A stretch of 62,126 nt of DNA, filler included, from Platydemus manokwari (Eukaryota): NCBI GenBank assembly GCA_037951405.1. It is 5 parts of 5 records of this genome, joined end to end, with 100 filler letters (N's around TTAATTAATTAA, not from the genome) between each part and the next. Parts side by side here need not be neighbours in the genome. Positions count along the whole stretch, not along the records: positions 1 to 9,488 come from JBBMOY011241874.1; positions 9,589 to 21,714 come from JBBMOY010295558.1; 3 more parts are not named here. One strand, 5' to 3'. Position 1 is the first letter of the stretch. Every line of letters begins with the position of its first letter. Of the stretch, positions 1 to 10,004 are shown piece by piece. Position numbers and translations under genes: made by a program. Below the pieces are notes generated by a model. That model did not search any database, was not told where the DNA came from, and saw only the letters and a program-made list of their open reading frames with translations.

Positions 1-136
1 TTAAATTTATTCATTGAAATACAAATTTTAACTCATTTTTGTAAAAGCCGGAATCATACTAATACACCTAATAGCTCCACGCATAGCTGTTCGACTAGTA
101 ATTATAGTGATCAAGTCGTCTTTGATTTAGGATTTT

Positions 137-277
137 CAATGATTTAATTGTGAGCATTTATCCTTGTATCGATTGCAGAATAGTAATTATCCTCGTTTGA
201 TTTTTGTCAATGATTTAATTGAGAGCAATTATCCTTGTTCAGTTTGCTGAATAGTAATTATTCTCGTAATGATTTGT
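137..277. repeat. Two-copy ~71 bp tandem repeat
   Basis: caatgatttaattg(t/a)gagca(t/a)ttatccttgt...gaatagtaattat(c/t)ctcgt occurs twice head-to-tail. Confidence 0.8.
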
Positions 278-564
278 GGAATACTTATTTTTCAGAAATA
301 GTTTCCGGCGATTTAATTTAGTTCGTATTTTGTGTGTCTCCTTTAATTTTTGCTTCCTTTTTATATAACCATAGTTTCTTTTTTGATTTCTTCTATTTTT
401 AATCTTTTTTATTCCTATTTTTGCTTTAAAATTTCTCACATTTTCTATTTTGAATCGTTGTTCTATTTCTAGATTTATTTAATACTATTTCTGTTATTTA
501 TTCTATTTTTAGGTTTCTAGGGGAATTTGTTTTATCTTTCAGAAATGAAAAATTAATTATTTTC

Positions 565-765
565 TGGATTATTATTTTGTTATATGGATTATAATTTTAT
601 CTTGATTATTATTATTTTATATGGATTATTATTATATTTATGTGGATTATTTTTATTATATGGATTATTATTATATTTATGTGGATTATTTTTTATTATA
701 TGGATTATTATTATTTATCTAGATTATTATTATTATTATTATATGGATTATTATTATTATGTTAT
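565..765. repeat. Low-complexity minisatellite (tatatggattattattat...)n
   Basis: Repeated ATGGATTATT units with about 18-20 nt spacing. Confidence 0.85.
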
Positions 766-968
766 GTTATCCCAACATATGCCCTCCCCTTCAAGTTATC
801 TCGTCCCGAGAAATAATAATTAGTTTTCCAAGTTTTTTGTTTTCTCATAAAACTTTTTACAGTGCTATTTTGCAGACATTAAAGATACACATTTATAAAA
901 GATTCAAGATGAGACACATGCATCAGTTTTATAATAATAATGTAGTAATAGTGAAGTCCAAGTTTATT

Positions 969-2423
969 TTTATACAAAAGATATTTGATAGTCTTCATAT
1001 TTTTTCAGCTCCGGGTTGCTGTAGCTTTGAAGGAATTGTTTCCCCATTTCAGGCTTGCTGAATACCACAGGCGATATTATCGTTAGTAATGGCGGGAGAT
1101 TTGTTTCTTCTCTTGGTTCTGTCATCGGGTGGTCTTCATTTTCTTAATCTTCTGTTGCTGAGACGTATTTCCCTTCTGAGTCCTCTGGTTTATCTACTTC
1201 TGGGATTGCTTTGAAGACTTTGTAGCTTGGTTTGAATTGTTTTGTCAGATCTGGTGCTTCTTTCGGGCTAATTTTATTTTCGATTTCGATTGGGTCGTTT
1301 TCAGAGATTTCTTCTCTAGGAAGTATGAGATGATCCTGCCATCCATATTCCATGATGCGATATATTTCTAGTATATCGTATGCTTTTTGGCAGCTAACTA
1401 TTAGTTTTAGGTTAACAGGGTTATTTGGAATGAGTTTCTCTTTTAATTTTGTTAGTCTCTGGATTGCTTTGATAGCTCCTCCGTTTAGGTCGGTATTTGA
1501 ATAACTGATATCTCTTATTCCAAGAAGTCTGTGAGTAGGATAATTTAGAGCTTCTGGTGATTCGTTTACATTGTGCCCTATCACAATTCTTTTATCCAAA
1601 ACGGATATTATGTATCTTTTGATTGCTTGTTCATCCCAAGCGTCGATGATGCCTCTTTCTGTCAATTGATCCGTCCCTTGATTTCTCCAGTGTCGGATAT
1701 AATGTCGAGGTGTAACCATTGTATTGATTACAACTAGTCCCTTGTAAGTTAAAACGGTGACAACGCATACTGTCTTGTCAGATCTTTACTGCCTGTCATT
1801 TTGACGGTTTCCACTATTCGAGTGGCTAGGATTCTAATATTATTTCTGATTTCATCTGGAGGCAGATTCTTTCTAATGAAGGAATGCCTATTAAGGATGT
1901 CTTCTCTAGTATCTAAATATGTTAAGTCAGTATGGAGATGACTGTACTTTTCATCGGATGGAATGTCGTTACGACCGGATTCCAGGATTAAAGTTACTGG
2001 CATGGCTGAGAAGGAAACTCTTCCTTTCAGTATTTTTTCATCACATTGTTTGATGTCTAATGCATGATGTCTTGGGAGGAAGATTACTTCGGGAATTACG
2101 ATTGATATTTGAGCTACTGTAGTGTGTAGGTACACTTTTTCTGCTCCTGTAGCATTGTTGATATCGCTGAATAATTGTGATAAACAGGTAGTTCTCCTAT
2201 TATTAACGAATATGGCTTCTGAGGCTCTGTGACCTCTATTTGGGATTTTCATTTTGTTTGGTAAGTGTGTTTGGTCCTTAAAGGTTTGACTGTAGCAGGT
2301 TTTTTGTTCCATGTACGCATGGAAATTATTACTTATAACCGCATCTACAACATAACTTTGGAATTGTGGAATATTTGGTTGAGTGTGTTCCAATGAGTTG
2401 TGGATGACGTTGTATTGTTTCAT
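969..2423 (-). pseudogene. Accessory ORF-B: unknown N-terminal domain plus degenerate REX4/ISG20-like DEDDh exonuclease fold
   Basis: Track ORFs 1749-2447 and 1144-1719 join through a frameshift near 1785 (..ATRIVETVKMTGSK/DKTVCVVTVLTYKGLVVINTMVTPRHYIRHWR..SVLDKRIVIGHNV..LLGIRDIS). Reads on past one stop at 1144. Pattern matches REX4-like 'RVSIVNxxGxxxxDxYVKP..V.DYRT..LKGRILVGH..IRDTS'. Confidence 0.7.
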
Positions 2424-2755
2424 TTTCTGAAAATAAAGATTAAACATTTAAGGTTGATAACATATTGTATATAGTATTCGATATAATGCATATTATATTG
2501 AATATCATTAATAGATTGATTTTAGATATTTTAGACGTTTATATTTTATGCTTTGGTTATTTGTCATCCTTAAGGTGTGGTAAGTTTTTGATTTAAATTA
2601 TATCACTAAGAAATAAGTCATATGATAATAAAATGAAGACATAAGTTATATAACAAGAATGAAGACAAATTAATGATTACACAAAGTCATAAATAATCAC
2701 AATAATCAATCATTCTTGCTCGTCATTATCAGTATTTGGCTCTTTGTTTCACTTG

Positions 2756-4222
2756 TTATTTGTCTGTAGGCTTGTTGTCCGGCTTGAGTTTGGCTCTTGC
2801 TTGTTTCAAATCTGCATTACTGAAATCGAGACATAACTCATCTAAGTTGTCTTCATATGTATAGAGGATGGCCGTAATTTGCCATCTCTTATTATCGACG
2901 ATTATTGTTTGCAGAATTGTCTGTGGCAAATAAGGTGCCTTTTCGCCTCTTAGCTGTGGGATATCAGTGGTGATATCGGTGCTTATTGGTTCAATTTGAG
3001 CTCCTGTAGATGGGCTTGGCCCATACTTGCTCCTTTTCGACATAGGTTCTGAATTTCCTTCTTCTATTTCAATTTCTATTTCTCCAGCGTCCAAATCGAT
3101 GGATTCGTAATTTGATATTAGCTAAGTGGTGTTGACTGCTGGTATCCATTGCGCTTTCATAATGTTGTGGATTTCCTTTATTTGTTCCACTTGGTTGTTG
3201 GTTTCTAACTCGTGGATTTTCTTTAATGGGTTCGTCAGTAGTTTTTGTGCCACTTTTTCAAGTTTATATGGTTTTTTCTCATACAACTTGTACTTTGTTA
3301 ATAGTTCCTTTGTTGATATATCCTTTATTCCCATAATACGATATGTAGGGATTGCTAAAGCTTTTATTATGTCTGCCACTTGAAAGCCTATTAAGACTTT
3401 TTGATCGATTATTTCCTTGATTTTTTCATATTCTTCAGCTTGGTCCCATTGATTATTTAATTTTTCTTCATCCAATTTGTGAACATCTTTTCTGTAATGT
3501 CGGACGTAATTTCGAGGCTTAATTAATGAATTGATTAATAGTTGCCCGTTTTGATTGAGAATAGAGTTGGAGCAAATAGTAGTTATTGTAATTTTTTCCA
3601 AAGTATCCACATAGAATGCCGCTATGTATAACGTATTGGGTTGCTCCTCTTCTGGTGTGATATTTTGTTGCATGAACGATTCGCAAGCATCAAGTGTTTT
3701 GAGAGGGATTTCTTCAAATCCTCTGGTTATTGGATACGCTTTAGGTTCTTGTTCTTTTTTGATCATTTCCAGTTCCACGGCTGTTGATACATCTTAGCTT
3801 AGAAGGGTTATTCGTTCGACCCTTTCGTCATAATTTCCAAATTCTAAGCTGGTGTGAGGTGAGAGATGGATTGGTTCTCCTACTCCAGCGATGTAGACCG
3901 TAAGTGGCCTGTTAGATGTAATTAGGATTAGCGGGCTATAGTTTGTGTGATTTTGCAAAGCTGACATTAGCTGTATTAATTTTTGTACGTTTGTATAGGT
4001 CGGTAGAGCAGCTTGGATGTGTCTACTACCTGGTCCGCTATATTTGAGTTTGTTTGGGAGTCGTAAGTCATTTACGAAGGACACATATTTGGTGCCTTTT
4101 CTTGCTTTTATTGCTATATACTCATGATTTTGTAAGCCAACTGGTGCTTCGGTAGAGTAAGTATAGCAAGTTGCTTTACAAGTATAGGTAGACAGATAGC
4201 TTGAAACTTCGTATCTTGTCAT
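2756..4222 (-). pseudogene. Accessory ORF-A: paralog of ORF-B (N-domain, degenerate DEDDh fold, acidic linker, C-tail)
   Basis: Track ORFs 3794-4330, 3122-3778 and 2756-3094 are in one frame, separated by two stops. Contains SILNQNGQLLINSLIKPRNYVRHYR..IIDQKVLIGF..IMGIKDIS..YKLEKVAQKLL. Likely start MTRYEV at 4222 directly after a ttattacag acceptor. Confidence 0.7.
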
Positions 4223-4360
4223 CTGTAATAAACGAGTTAAATTAGCATAGCAGTAAATTGTTTTCAAGTTATGTTGATGATGTATTATAAATAATGATAT
4301 GATAAATATTAATATGATTTTTAGTCGCATAGTTAGTGATATATTCTGTGACTGTGATTG

Positions 4361-5377
4361 TCATAAAGTTGTCAATGTGTATGACCTATTATTATTATTA
4401 TCAAAATAGGTCCTATTGTTCACACGTTCCTTCTTCTCTTTCCATTTGCCGATAATCATTACCATAAATGGTGTGGTTATAACTAGTAGTATCATTGAGG
4501 CGGCTATTAGCGTAATCATTACTTCCACTCTATTTATCATTTCTAATTTTTCTATTGATAGCATAGAACTTAATAGTTTTTGCTTGAATGGTATTATTTC
4601 ATTATTTTCTTCGTTTTGGATATTTTGGTTATCCTGTGGTAGTATTTGGCTTTGGTCTATGTCATTCTTGTTAGCTTGCTTAGTGTGTGACCATAATTGT
4701 GGTGATATAGTTCCCATTATTAGTTTTACCTTTTTAGTTATTGTTGCTTCAGCAGCTGATGTATTTCTTCTTGTTGTTATTCTTTTTTGTGTAGTTATTC
4801 GCCAATCACAATTTATTGCAGGTTTTATATCGTGTCTCGTTTATTTGTGTATTACGTGTGGTGTATCTCGCATGGCATGTGTTATAATTATTATATATTT
4901 TTCACATGGATCTCGGAGTAGATTCATTATCTTAGGTTTATGTTCTAATATCGTTTAATGTTTGGCTTCCTTTTTATTTTCTATTACCGTGGGTCTTATT
5001 ATATTATAGCTACTTTCAGCTTTTATAATTGAGACGTATCGTCTGTCGGATTCTATTGTTATTCTTGTAAAATGTGGCATTAATTGAATTTCAACTATAT
5101 CTCTGTCTATTAATGTGTGATTATTTTTAACATAACACTATAGTTCCATTTTTTTGGTTGCAATTTTTTGAATACATGCTCTTAAGTTACTATTGCTGAA
5201 TCAATAAGTTTACTTTTGTAAGTATATCATTTTATTTTGTTATAAAAAGGTATCGGGTACGTGTATTGCTATCTAGAATTCTGCCTAATTTAAACTCCAG
5301 TTATGTCTAATGAGAGGTGGTTTAGTGTAAATGTGACAATTAGCTATTGTTAACATAATTAGTAAAGTGATCATCAT
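4361..5377 (-). pseudogene. Env-position type I membrane protein (signal peptide, ectodomain, TM, basic tail), disrupted
   Basis: N-terminal MMITLLIMLTIANC; C-terminal VMITLIAASMILLVITTPFMVMIIGKWKEKK; several stops and frameshifts in between. Confidence 0.6.
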
Positions 5378-6236
5378 TCAGGTATGTGATCTGAGTGGAT
5401 ATCTATGGCTGGTTGATATTTGCTTGCTTGTTGTTGGTCTGATTTCATTTTCTTCTGCTCTTATCGTTCTTGTCTGTGTTGGTGTATTTATCGTTTCATT
5501 TTCGTATTCATCGTATTTTTTACATCGCTCTGCGTAAGCCATTTTGGATCAGCTTTATTTTTTCTTCGTGGTCTTACTACTAAGTTAGTATCCGTCACTT
5601 TTCTACTATATATGGTCCCTTATATGGTCGTATTAATTTTTTTGATATCCCCTTTTTGCACGTTCGATTTTCTATCATAATTTTGTTTCCTACTCGAATT
5701 AGATGATTTTTCCGGTTTCTGTCATAGTAGTTTTTCATTTGTTCTTGTCTATATTTAATATTAAGATTCGCTCTTTGCTAAGCTTCCGCGAGTCTTTCAT
5801 TCATTAATACCGCATAATCTTCAACATCCATGTATTGGGATATTTTTGGTTCTATTACTATATCGACTGGCATATTCTGAAAAACTCCGTTCCCCGATCG
5901 GTTAGGAGGCATTTAAGTGCACCATACCTATATACGATTTCCTCTACGAATATTTTAGCCACTGTGCTTGCCTTCTTGTCTGGTATCACGTAGGCTTCGG
6001 GCCATCTAGTCATATGATCAATGAAGACTAAAATGTATTTGTCCCCGTTCTTGCTCATTGGGAGAGGCACGACTATATCCATGGCGACTCTTTCCATTGG
6101 TGCGCCTGGAATACGTAACGGTTTTAATGTATTTAGTTCCTGTATTGCGTCTGGTCTCACAGATTTTTCAAGTCTGACACCATTGTTTGACATCGATTTG
6201 CATTGTGAGCCAGAAGTATTTTTGTTTAATTCTTGA
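5378..6236 (-). pseudogene. Gypsy integrase (partial zinc-binding region, DDE core, GPY/F remnant, YPLR tail)
   Basis: KQKYFWLTMQIDVKQWCQT*KIC; PMERVAMDIVVPLPMSKNGDKYILVFIDHMTRWPEAY..LLTDRGTEF; tail ERCKKY..HRYPLRS. Confidence 0.92.
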
Positions 6237-6663
6237 CTATGATTATTATGATTATTATGATCACTATTATTTAACCGTACGGTTTCGTTACTCGTATTAG
6301 TATTTTCACTTTATGATTTTCCGTATCAATAAACCTAGCTACTGATTCACTTTTATCCTCGAAATCTATGATCAATGATTGACTTTTCGACTGACACCTT
6401 GTTATTCTTCTAGTACCGTGTGCTTTATTCAATATGTCCACTGTATTTCATATAAATGGCTTCTTCCCCGAGAGTTTGACTGAAAGTGTATTATACTTTT
6501 ATCAAAAATACGAAATATCATTTATGATTACGTAATCAATTAATATCAAAATACAAATATAACGTTTTGAAATACAAATATTATTATGACATATAAGTTT
6601 TTAATGAACAATTAATTTAATTAGTAAACATTTTTTTGCTGCATCTTCTCCTTTAAGAAAAAT

Positions 6664-6676
6664 GTTCGCGGCACCA
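6664..6676 (-). promoter_or_regulatory. tRNA primer-binding-site-like sequence (tRNA-His-like)
   Basis: Minus strand reads ...TTTAACA AAAAG TGGTGCCGCGAAC, resembling the TGGTGCCGTGAC complement of the tRNA-His 3' end, just after a CA LTR end. Confidence 0.55.
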
Positions 6677-6681
6677 CTTTT

Positions 6682-6850
6682 TGTTAAATAAACTTTTGGT
6701 TTTTTATTTTAACTGGCTCTTAAGGGGCTTCAATAACGGTTATGAAGACCTAGCTATTGGTAAATTAAAGGTTAGTATTATCTAAAGGTTTAAATCAGTT
6801 GATGATTTAGTCCTTTTTGATCATACCCAATACTGATCTCGAACGCTATA
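6682..6850 (-). repeat. LTR fragment sharing a ~70-nt core with 59440-59507
   Basis: Ends ..TTTAACA before the PBS; the homologous block at 59.4 kb lies a similar distance from its own ..ACA end. Confidence 0.5.
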
Positions 6851-7244
6851 ATATTAAATTGGTCAATCAATCAATCAATTTATGGGCTTAATTACTATTG
6901 CCATGCCCAATTTCTCAATTATTGGTGTACCGGTTCTTTCGGGTTTCTGTCTGGAGGGTGTTTTTGGTTTCTTGAACACGGGGTGTTTACTCGGTGATGG
7001 TTGTAGCAGTGTGTCCGGCTCTGATTTCAGCTTGGTATTTATACCGTGCTGTGCCGTCCTGCGCGATACTATTTTTAGTAGTCCGTTCGGCCTTTGTTAA
7101 CGTTTTGCATTTGCATATTCGTGTCTTATCTTGTTATTGTTTTTTGATATGATTTATATTATTATATTTTTTTCTTATTTGATTTCATTCTATTATAATT
7201 TTTTTTCTTTTATTTTATAATATTTTATTATACTTCTGACATAA

Positions 7245-7577
7245 TGTCATATTTAATTTTATTGTAGCTTTTTATATTTTAATATATATTTCATTATAAT
7301 TCGGACACAATATTATACTTATTTTTTGTTTAATATATCTTTTATTATGATTTTAGCGTATCATTACATTTATTTTTCGTTGTGTCGTTATTCTATTATT
7401 CCTATAATCTGCCAGCATTTCTCCTCTCGCTTCCTTACTTTGTAAAAGATAACATTATAAAAGATATCAAATGGTGTAAAGCATAAAATTGTCATTATTG
7501 TTAATCGTAACACATAAAACATAAAAATTGCCATGTCACATAAAACACTAGAGTTATAATTATCATAAAATTGTCAC
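7245..7577 (-). repeat. Putative LTR followed by a tRNA-Leu-like PBS remnant
   Basis: Minus strand TGTGACAATTT...AAATATGACA followed by TTATGTCAGAAGT, which shares TGTCAGAAGT with the canonical Leu PBS TGGTGTCAGAAGTGGGAT. Confidence 0.45.
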
Positions 7578-9488
7578 AAAAAGCAGCAATAAATTTTTTT
7601 GATAGTTTGATAATTGGGATTGAGGCCGGCTCTAATTCTGAATTGAACTGAATTTGGTGCATTTTCCATCCATAGTCAAAGGAAAAGACATATGTCGGTA
7701 TTTTATTAGATATCTTTCATGCACGTAATTGTGCTATATGCACTGTTAAAAGTAAGCTGTGTATATACAGGGTTAAATGCATGCGTGTACTTGTGCTATG
7801 TACAGGATTAACTCTATATTTAGGTTCGGGTGGGGTGCGACCTAACAATATAAAAACACAAAGGATCATGAAATAAATACATATAGGTAAAAATATAGTC
7901 TATAATAGCATCGATATTCGAAATAATAAGTACTAAGTTAAGGGAAATAAATATGTCCAGATAAACCAAGTATTAGATAGACAAATGGCACCAGTACATG
8001 AACAAAAACTATTTATTTAGAAATATAAGGAAAAAGAATTATAAAAACATAAAGTTATTATCGTACTAATTACAATCGCACAACAATATATATGGCATAA
8101 ATTAGTTTAAAAATTCTGAAAAGAGGTTTATTAGACATTATGAATTTTCAATGAAGTATATTACTAATTATTTTGTAAATAGATTATATCTTGTTTTTAG
8201 TATCTAATCACAACCTACCCAAAATGACTTTAAAAGCTTCATATAAAAGTAATAAACAACAACATAAAACTTGGCTCCTAACTGTGAGTTGGGCATCTAA
8301 AAGGATTTATTGATTTTGTGCACCCAGTGTAAGTCAATAACTGTGTTTGTTACTGTGTGGCTATTTCCATTTTTCAAATTATAATTTTCCGTTTAAGTCA
8401 GCTGTGACTGATTGACTGCTACGACTGTATGGTTGTGTAGGCATGCAAATACTTAAGGTGATGAAATGATCATTACATATGAAATGGTTTAGACGTGTAG
8501 AATCTTATCTCTACCAACATCTAAATTTGTTTCCAAAATTTTCATAACATGTTTTGGTACATCAAGAAACCTTAATTCAGAATTATTAAAATTCGAGACC
8601 ACTTGTGATTGTTAAAATTATTCATAATATTGTTCAGAATTTTGGTAAGCCTTGCCAATATTGTTGATATCCTCAAAAATCTCATTGATTTCATTTTTCT
8701 GAAAGTCGATTTTAACGAAAAATTTTCCATTTTGAAAATACGTAGATTTTTCGATGTTCTTCCAGCTGTAATTTCCTTGGTTATTTATAATATTATATTT
8801 AGCTTGACATTCTATTTACTCATAACAAGTACATTTGTCAACCAATCAAAGAGATTCATTTTATCTTTACTTAAAATTCTTACACTAAATTTATTTATTA
8901 TTTTTATTCATAATATATGAAATTTTATTCATGAAAATTCAATTAAAACGTCAGCAAAAAAAGTTTTAGCACCGAAACCGTCAAGTTTGGAGAAATCTCA
9001 TAATATTTTTCCTTTATTTTTAAGAATTGTACAAATCCATTACTTATAAAATCAAATAATTGATCTATCATTTCATTAGTCTATACATTGGCAACCGTAT
9101 AAGCTACGATATTATAGTTTACCAGATAACGCATTTGAGAAATTTGTTAAGTCTACCGTATATAGAACACAATAATTCTCGCTATTAATCTGACTGCAAA
9201 AACAAAACAATGTTTCACACTAAATTATATTTGTATAACAATATACAACCCTAATTTACACCAATAAGAGCGTAGCCCTATTAAAGTTACGTCACGGAAA
9301 TAAAATACGGATTAAGTCCGCTACACAAATCTGGAATACCGGCCGAGGAACTACTCCTGACCTGTACTACTTACTAGAGTGCAAGACTACAGTTATGAAC
9401 ACACTACACTAATGTACCAGGTGTGTCGGTAATTCCTTTCCGGTTTTTGTAACAGATGTCACTGGCCATAAGAAAAATGGTTTGTTGA

Positions 9489-9588
9489 NNNNNNNNNNNN
9501 NNNNNNNNNNNNNNNNNNNNNNNNNNNNNNNNTTAATTAATTAANNNNNNNNNNNNNNNNNNNNNNNNNNNNNNNNNNNNNNNNNNNN
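9489..9588. other. Assembly gap spacer (N..TTAATTAATTAA..N, 100 nt)
   Basis: Artificial six-frame-stop linker inside Ns; the same spacer occurs at 21715-21814, 30720-30819 and 48594-48693. Confidence 0.97.
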
Positions 9589-9740
9589 ATGTTTAAATGA
9601 TTTGGTAAAACAAAAACTTTAAACAACTAAAAAACATGAATAACTTTTGACTCAGCCTAATATAACACTAGCAAAATAGAATTTTTTTTAAAAAACCTAG
9701 AAATTTATAATTTTAAAATATTATTAAAGAAAATTAATAC

Positions 9741-10004
9741 TACATGTGACAAAAGTAACGCAAAATCTTTGGACGATTATTTTATATCTCCAATAATACT
9801 TTTACAGATCGTTCAGAATCTACAATTCATTTGAATTTCAAATTTGCTCTACCATTGGATTCAAAAGCAAACGTGTGACGTATAGTTGATCGACAATGGA
9901 GAATCGACTAATAGCAATTATGGTCATACAGCAAGGCAATTAAATACAAAGTATTTGAATGAAAACTTTTTAATTTTAGATTTTGTTACTTTTGTCACAC
10001 CCTA
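9741..10004. mobile_element. Tc1/mariner-type MITE
   Basis: Inverted termini TGTGACAAAAGTAAC(GC)AAAATC and GATTTTGTTACTTTTGTCACA(CCC-TA); no ORF. Confidence 0.65.

Larger units (their letters stand above)
1..777 (-). repeat. Putative 3' LTR of element 1 containing internal tandem repeats
   Basis: Starts TGTTGGGATAAC a few nt after the PPT on the minus strand. The far end cannot be defined. Confidence 0.5.
1..6236 (-). mobile_element. Decayed Ty3/Gypsy LTR retroelement 'element 1', 3' half (integrase, membrane ORF, two accessory ORFs, PPT, 3' LTR)
   Basis: Integrase core at 5858-6236, a continuous series of minus-strand ORFs, and polypurine tract AAGGGGAGGG (about 782-792, minus) followed by TGTTGGGAT as LTR start. 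The integrase is cut off at about 6236 by other LTR-like DNA. Left boundary uncertain. Confidence 0.8.

Noticed and set aside
137-277. CRISPR-like repeat arrays (also 58931-59009)
   Set aside because: Only two copies each, no array of unique spacers, no cas genes, eukaryotic context.
584-823. Tyr/Leu-rich 79-aa ORF
   Set aside because: Translation of a minisatellite.
4223-4330. Apparent signal peptide MRLKIILIFIISLFII on ORF 3794-4330
   Set aside because: AT-rich sequence upstream of a splice acceptor; homology with ORF-B and ORF-C begins at MTRYEV (4222).
4416-4958. Plus-strand hydrophobic ORFs here and at 5420-5680, 50194-50780, 52477-53739 and 57750-58098
   Set aside because: Antisense shadows of A-rich minus-strand retroelement coding sequence.
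6721-6788. Hammerhead-ribozyme-like ATGA(A/T)GA..GG(T/A)AAA in the shared LTR motif
   Set aside because: C3 is A in both copies, GAAA is missing in one, and the motif sits in a hairpin loop rather than a three-way junction.
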